A stretch of 50,724 nucleotides of DNA. Source: Deltaproteobacteria bacterium (GTDB lineage Bacteria; Desulfobacterota; Binatia; HRBIN30). The position numbers and the translations under genes were made by a program. Every line of letters starts with the position of its first letter. The stretch's first letter is position 1. The stretch covers positions 1 to 50,724 of the forward strand of contig JAGDMS010000007.1 in the NCBI GenBank assembly GCA_017860575.1. The letters are read 5' to 3'. This document shows, in pieces, positions 46,390 through 50,724 of this stretch. The notes under the pieces are model-generated. The model did no database searches and had not been told where the DNA came from. It saw nothing but the letters and a program-made list of their open reading frames with translations.

Positions 46390-47265
46390 TCAGTGACGGC
46401 GCTCGCGCATGCGAAAGAAGCGGAGGAGCGCTTCGGTGTAGGGCCGGTCGGTGCGGACCACGACGGCATCGACATCGATCCCGCGCAGCATACGGTCGCG
46501 CTCGCGGCGTGCCGCTGCGGCGCGTTCTTCGTATGCGCGTCTCACGCCGCCATCGCCGGTGTCCAGTAGAAGGTGTTCGCCGGTCTCGGCATCCTGCAGG
46601 GCGATCAACCCGACGTTTGGCAATGCCAGGTCGCAGGGATCGTCGAGAATGACGCCGATGACGTCGTGGCGGCGGTTGGCGATCTTGAGCGCCAGGCGCG
46701 CGTCTGGGTCGAGGAAATCCGAGATGACGAAGGTGACGCACCGCCGCTTGGTGACCCGCGTCAGATATTCCAGGGCGGCCGAGATGTTGGTGCCGCGGCC
46801 CCGCGGGGTGAACGACAGCACCTCGCGAATGACACGCAGAACGTGACGCGTTCCCTTCTTGGGCGGCAAGGCCAGTTCTACCTGATCGCTGAACAAGATC
46901 AGGCCAACCTTGTCATTGTTGGTGATGGCGGAGAAGGCGAACAGCGCCGCCATCTCCGCCGCCATCTCGCTTTTCAGTTGTTTGACCGTGCCGAAATGCG
47001 TCGAGGCGCTGGTGTCCACCAGGAGCATGACCGTCAGTTCCCGCTCCTCGACGAAGCGCTTCACGTGCGGCACACCAGTGCGCGCCGTAACGTTCCAGTC
47101 GATGGTGCGGATGTCGTCGCCCGGCATATAGTGGCGCACCTCGGTGAACTCCATGCCGTGTCCCTTGAAGACACTGTGGTACTGCCCGGCAAACAGATCG
47201 CTGACCAGATGGCTGGTGCGAATCTGGATCTTGCGTACCGCTTTCAGTTGCTCCGAGGTCAGCAT
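46390..47265 (-). CDS. DUF58 family protein (MoxR-associated, vWA-like)
   Basis: ...FAGQYHSVFKGHGMEFTEVRHYMPGDDIRTIDWNVTARTGVPHVKRFVEERELTVMLLVDTSAS is the canonical DUF58 core. Confidence 0.9.
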   Translation of the reverse strand: MLTSEQLKAVRKIQIRTSHLVSDLFAGQYHSVFKGHGMEFTEVRHYMPGDDIRTIDWNVTARTGVPHVKRFVEERELTVMLLVDTSASTHFGTVKQLKSEMAAEMAALFAFSAITNNDKVGLILFSDQVELALPPKKGTRHVLRVIREVLSFTPRGRGTNISAALEYLTRVTKRRCVTFVISDFLDPDARLALKIANRRHDVIGVILDDPCDLALPNVGLIALQDAETGEHLLLDTGDGGVRRAYEERAAAARRERDRMLRGIDVDAVVVRTDRPYTEALLRFFRMRERRH

Positions 47266-47338
47266 GGTGGCCGTACTGCGCGACTGGCGATCAGACTGCA
47301 GGCAACAGACGTTGGACGTTGGACCTTGGACGGATCTC

Positions 47339-48328
47339 CTACGGCACTGGCACTCCGTCGAAGATCCGTCTGACGACCGCGTCGGCGTCGATGTCCTCGG
47401 CCTCGGCTTCGTAGGTCACGATGATGCGGTGGCGCAGGATGTCGTGCCCGATCGACTTGACGTCCTGCGGGGTGACGTAGCCGCGCCCCTGCAAGAGGGC
47501 ATACGCCTTGGCGGCCAGCGTCAGGTACAGCGTGGCGCGGGGCGAGGCGCCGTACTGGATCAGCCGCTCCAGTTCGAGCTTGTACGCCGCCGGATTGCGC
47601 GTCGCGAACACCAGATCGATGATGTACTCCTTGATCTTGTCGTCCAGGTAGATCTGGTCGACCAGCGCGCGTAAGCGCAGGATGTCGTCCGTGTGGATGA
47701 TCGGACTTGCCGTGTCACGGTGATTGGTCGAGGCCATACGATCGAGGATCTGCCGCTCCTCTTCTTTGCTGGGATAGGTGACCGAGAGTTTCAACATGAA
47801 GCGGTCAACCTGGGCTTCTGGCAGGGGATAGGTTCCTTCCTGTTCAATAGGGTTCTGGGTCGCGAGGACGAGAAACGGCTCCGGTAGCGGATGCGTTTCG
47901 TCACCGATCGTCACCTGGTGCTCCTGCATGGCCTCCAGCAGTGCGCTTTGCACCTTGGCGGGGGCGCGGTTGATTTCGTCGGCCAGGATGATGTTGGCGA
48001 AGATCGGGCCTTTCTTGGTGGTGAACACGCCCTCACGCGGATTGTAGATCAGCGTCCCGATCAGGTCGGCCGGGAGCAGATCGGGTGTGAACTGCAAGCG
48101 CTGAAAGCTGGCGTCGATGGTCTGCGCCAACGTTTTCACCGAGAGGGTCTTGGCCAGCCCGGGCACACCCTCCAGCAGCACGTGACCGTTCGCCAGTAAC
48201 CCGATCATCAGCCGGTCCACCATGTAGCGCTGGCCGACGATGATGCGTCCCATTTCCTCCCGCAAGCGGTACAGGCAGGCCGATTCTTCCTTCACGCGTT
48301 CGTTGATGGCGGTGATACCGGAATCCAT
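47339..48328 (-). CDS. moxR: MoxR-family AAA+ ATPase
   Basis: Walker A LLEGVPGLAKT, Walker B ILADEINRA, and ...LATQNPIEQEGTYPLPEAQVDRF. Confidence 0.95.
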   Translation of the reverse strand: MDSGITAINERVKEESACLYRLREEMGRIIVGQRYMVDRLMIGLLANGHVLLEGVPGLAKTLSVKTLAQTIDASFQRLQFTPDLLPADLIGTLIYNPREGVFTTKKGPIFANIILADEINRAPAKVQSALLEAMQEHQVTIGDETHPLPEPFLVLATQNPIEQEGTYPLPEAQVDRFMLKLSVTYPSKEEERQILDRMASTNHRDTASPIIHTDDILRLRALVDQIYLDDKIKEYIIDLVFATRNPAAYKLELERLIQYGASPRATLYLTLAAKAYALLQGRGYVTPQDVKSIGHDILRHRIIVTYEAEAEDIDADAVVRRIFDGVPVP

Positions 48329-48625
48329 ATCGGTTCAAGTCCTCTCGTGCTGTCAGCGTGCCAGATCCCCAGCGGCAAACCCGCCGTGGTCGCGTGATAG
48401 ACGCTCGGCAGCGGCAAATTCTTCATGGGATCAAGAACACTTCGATCTGCCAGACATTCCCTGCAAATGCCCGGACGCGATAATCTGTTCGGGCGTTTTC
48501 TAACCAGCGGCCGCACGACCGTCAAGCGAGGAGTGATCACCCGCATCTCGCGGAAGGTACGCGTGCGGTGCTCCGCCGGCCCTGCCGTTGTCACTGCGTG
48601 CGGGCCGCAGTAGATTCAAGCCAGG

Positions 48626-49939
48626 ATGGACATTCGGCTCGATTATGGGCGCACAGGATTGCAGCTGCGCTTGCCGGATGGCGTTGCGGTGTCGGTGGCG
48701 GCGCCCACCGAAGCGACGCCGGCTGCCGATCCCGCGGCGGCGGTGGCGCAGGCGTTGCGGGGGCCGATCGGTGCCCGGCCGCTGGCGGAACTGGCGCGCG
48801 GGCGCCGCGATGCGGTGATCGTCATCTCGGACAAAACCCGCCCTGTGCCGAACGCACTCGTGCTGCCGCCGATTCTCCGCACACTGGAGGACGCCGGCAT
48901 CGATCGCAGCCGGATCGAGATCCTGGTTGCGACTGGTTTGCACCGGCCGAACACGTCGGCAGAGCTCGTGGAGATGACCAGCCCTGAGCTCGTGGCACGC
49001 TATCGCTTTCGCAATCACCTTGCGCGCAGCGCGGACAGGCATGTCCACCTCGGGCACACGCAGCGCGGCACGGAGATCTGGCTCGACCGCGGCTTCATGG
49101 AAACCGACTTGAAGATCGTCACGGGTCTGATCGAGCCGCACCTGATGGCCGGCTATTCCGGGGGTCGCAAGGCAGTTGCGCCCGGCCTCGCCGGCGTCGA
49201 GACGATGCGCAGCGCGCACGGTCCGACCATGCTCGAGTCGCACCTCGGGCCGGGCATCATCGACGGCAATCCGTTTCACGAGGACCTGCTGGAGATTGTG
49301 CGCCGTGTGCGTGTGGACTTCATGGTCAACGTCGCCATCGACCGTGCGCGGCGGCTCACCGGCGTCTTTGCCGGCGATATCGAGCGCGCACACGACGTCG
49401 GCATGCGGGCGGTCGAGCACGATGTGCGCGTGGATCTCGACCGTCCGGCAGACGTTGTCATCACTTCCGCTGGCGGGTATCCGTTGGACGCGACCTTCTA
49501 TCAGTCCATCAAGGGGCTCGTCGGTGCGCTCAACGTCGTCCGCCGCGGCGGCACGATCATTTTGGCCGCCGCCCTGAGCGAGGGGATTGGCAGCGACGAC
49601 TTTCAACAGCTGCTGCGCAGCACCCGCGGCAACGACGACTACATGGCCCGCATCATGTCGCCAGGTTTTTTCCGCATCGATCAGTGGATGGTGCAGCACC
49701 TCTGCCAAGTGCTGCGCAAGGCCGAGGTGCTCGTGGTTACCGACGGGCTGCCGGCAGATGCCCTGCGCGGTCTGCTTGTGATGCCAGCGCCGACGGTGGC
49801 AGCGGCACTGGCACAAGCGTTAGCACGTCACGGTTCGCACGCGCACGTGGCGGTATTGCCCCAGGGGCCCTACGTGCTCGCCACCGTGCGCGGCCGTAAA
49901 CTGTCCCTCGGCCGCGCGTGGCTCGACGATGCTCCCTAG
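48626..49939 (+). CDS. larA: LarA-family (DUF2088) nickel-pincer-dependent racemase/epimerase
   Basis: ISDKTRP, ILVATGLHRP and GLIEPHLMAGYSGGRKAV are LarA-type catalytic His and cofactor-binding motifs. Confidence 0.85.
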   Translation: MDIRLDYGRTGLQLRLPDGVAVSVAAPTEATPAADPAAAVAQALRGPIGARPLAELARGRRDAVIVISDKTRPVPNALVLPPILRTLEDAGIDRSRIEILVATGLHRPNTSAELVEMTSPELVARYRFRNHLARSADRHVHLGHTQRGTEIWLDRGFMETDLKIVTGLIEPHLMAGYSGGRKAVAPGLAGVETMRSAHGPTMLESHLGPGIIDGNPFHEDLLEIVRRVRVDFMVNVAIDRARRLTGVFAGDIERAHDVGMRAVEHDVRVDLDRPADVVITSAGGYPLDATFYQSIKGLVGALNVVRRGGTIILAAALSEGIGSDDFQQLLRSTRGNDDYMARIMSPGFFRIDQWMVQHLCQVLRKAEVLVVTDGLPADALRGLLVMPAPTVAAALAQALARHGSHAHVAVLPQGPYVLATVRGRKLSLGRAWLDDAP

Positions 49940-50039
49940 CGTGTCATCGCGCGCCGCCGCAGGGGCACGCTGTCTCCGGCGTCCGACTCACGCTGCTCGT
50001 GCGCCCGTGGCGCCCACGTTCGGGAGGGCATGTTGCCGC

Positions 50040-50724
50040 TCATTCGGTTTCCGCATAGAGGGCATAGTCACGGAAGCCATCCGACGCGGGCCCGATCGGG
50101 GTGAGGATCTGCAGGTGGTTCGCGGCGTCGAACGCGATCCAGTTGCGCTCGAATTCCGTGTTCTGCTGCAGCACAGTGGCTGGCCAGGTCGATCCGTCCG
50201 CACGGGTGAACAGGGTCAGGGCGGACGGGATGGGGAGGAGTAGTGCGGCGCGACTCCCACTGGCGGCCGCCCGGATGGGCGGCAGATAGCCCGGTGGCGC
50301 GAATGAAGTGATCGTCTCCTCCGCGCCCCACATGTCGGCTGCGCGGCCCCGATACCGTACCTCGGTATCGGCGAGGCCGTTTGTGCGCAAGGAGAACAGA
50401 CCAAGGGCATCCGCTCCCGAGGGCGCCAGCACGAACGCATCGAAGGACGACGGTCCGGGAGTGAGCAGCTCCTCCGTCCACGCCTGTCCTGGCTGCCGTC
50501 GCATCACCACCGTGGTGGAAGTGCCTACCACGGCGAAGACCGTACCGTCCGACGTTGCGGTGAGCTGGGCCGTATAAGCGTAGGACGGGTCATAGAGCGA
50601 CGAATCGAGGGGAGTGACCGTCCAGCTGCCGCTCTCGTTGCTGGCATAATAGGGGAAGGTGCGCCCCGGCCATTCCTTCCAGAGGATGTGCACCTTCCCG
50701 TCGGGCGTGAGGGCGAACGACGCC
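50040..50724 (-). CDS. Hypothetical beta-rich (propeller-like) protein, C-terminal part; gene continues beyond the right edge
   Basis: Track ORF 50040-50693. The frame stays open upstream to 50724 (…ASFALTPDGKVHILWKEW…). Recurrent DG-x-V/F and W-containing strands. No family recognised. Confidence 0.55.
   Translation of the reverse strand, partial: ASFALTPDGKVHILWKEWPGRTFPYYASNESGSWTVTPLDSSLYDPSYAYTAQLTATSDGTVFAVVGTSTTVVMRRQPGQAWTEELLTPGPSSFDAFVLAPSGADALGLFSLRTNGLADTEVRYRGRAADMWGAEETITSFAPPGYLPPIRAAASGSRAALLLPIPSALTLFTRADGSTWPATVLQQNTEFERNWIAFDAANHLQILTPIGPASDGFRDYALYAETE

Noticed and set aside
45950-46475. N-terminal 127-codon extension of ORF 45114-46475, including TLRQAQGERKRIMKSGRGSAHAEPVEAW.
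   Set aside because: The extension is read through the MITE at 46139-46257. A TTG at 46094 with a GGAGA SD gives a proper signal peptide instead.
48329-48346. GGTTCAAGTCC, a tRNA T-loop-like string next to the moxR start.
   Set aside because: The flanking bases give only 3 of 5 T-stem pairs. No acceptor, D or anticodon arms can be built, and the string overlaps the moxR start codon region.

Overview
High-GC bacterial chromosomal window with about 40 protein-coding loci on both strands. I found no rRNA, tRNA or CRISPR array.

Gene content, left to right:
- A partial secreted protein and a glycine-zipper protein (1-972), then an MscS remnant.
- A split-pqiA/pqiB/pqiC envelope transport operon (2485-6035, minus).
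- Three orphan lipoproteins.
- An arylsulfatase, an OprO/P-type porin interrupted by a stop codon, a DUF4239 membrane protein and a DUF1254/DUF1214 remnant (8029-13814).
- A K+ channel.
- A glycan locus (14723-23370): a GH94-type phosphorylase of about 1130 aa, an ABCD/YddA-type half-transporter with a fully degenerate ATPase domain, and a discoidin plus (alpha/alpha)6 hydrolase-like protein.
- A glycerophosphodiesterase.
- ribE followed by ccmE-ccmF-ccmH and a zinc-ribbon protein. The CcmE is the Cys-type (CxxxY) variant.
- An alpha/beta hydrolase.
- Two paralogous aldehyde:ferredoxin oxidoreductase (AOR) genes flanking a heavily decayed secreted multidomain gene.
- An M16 peptidase.
- A full MoxR-DUF58-DUF4381-BatA-BatB-BatC-BatD/E operon (39491-48328, minus).
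- A LarA-family gene and a partial propeller-like gene.

The most unusual signals are at nucleotide level:
- A 31-nt hairpin module occurs six times as three inverted pairs. One pair brackets a small GIY-YIG nuclease gene and is inserted into a lipoprotein gene, in a REPtron-like layout.
- A second pair is an internal-deletion (MITE-like) derivative of that unit.
- A second hairpin-repeat family lies upstream of ribE.
- A perfect 55-bp tandem duplication breaks AOR paralog 2.
- There is a G9 tract plus AT-rich island, and a G-rich inverted repeat enclosing a 150-bp lower-GC segment.
- Six loci are pseudogene-like, which is an unusually high density.

I cannot tell real gene decay from assembly or homopolymer errors using the sequence alone. 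Every family assignment rests on motifs read by eye, not on database searches.
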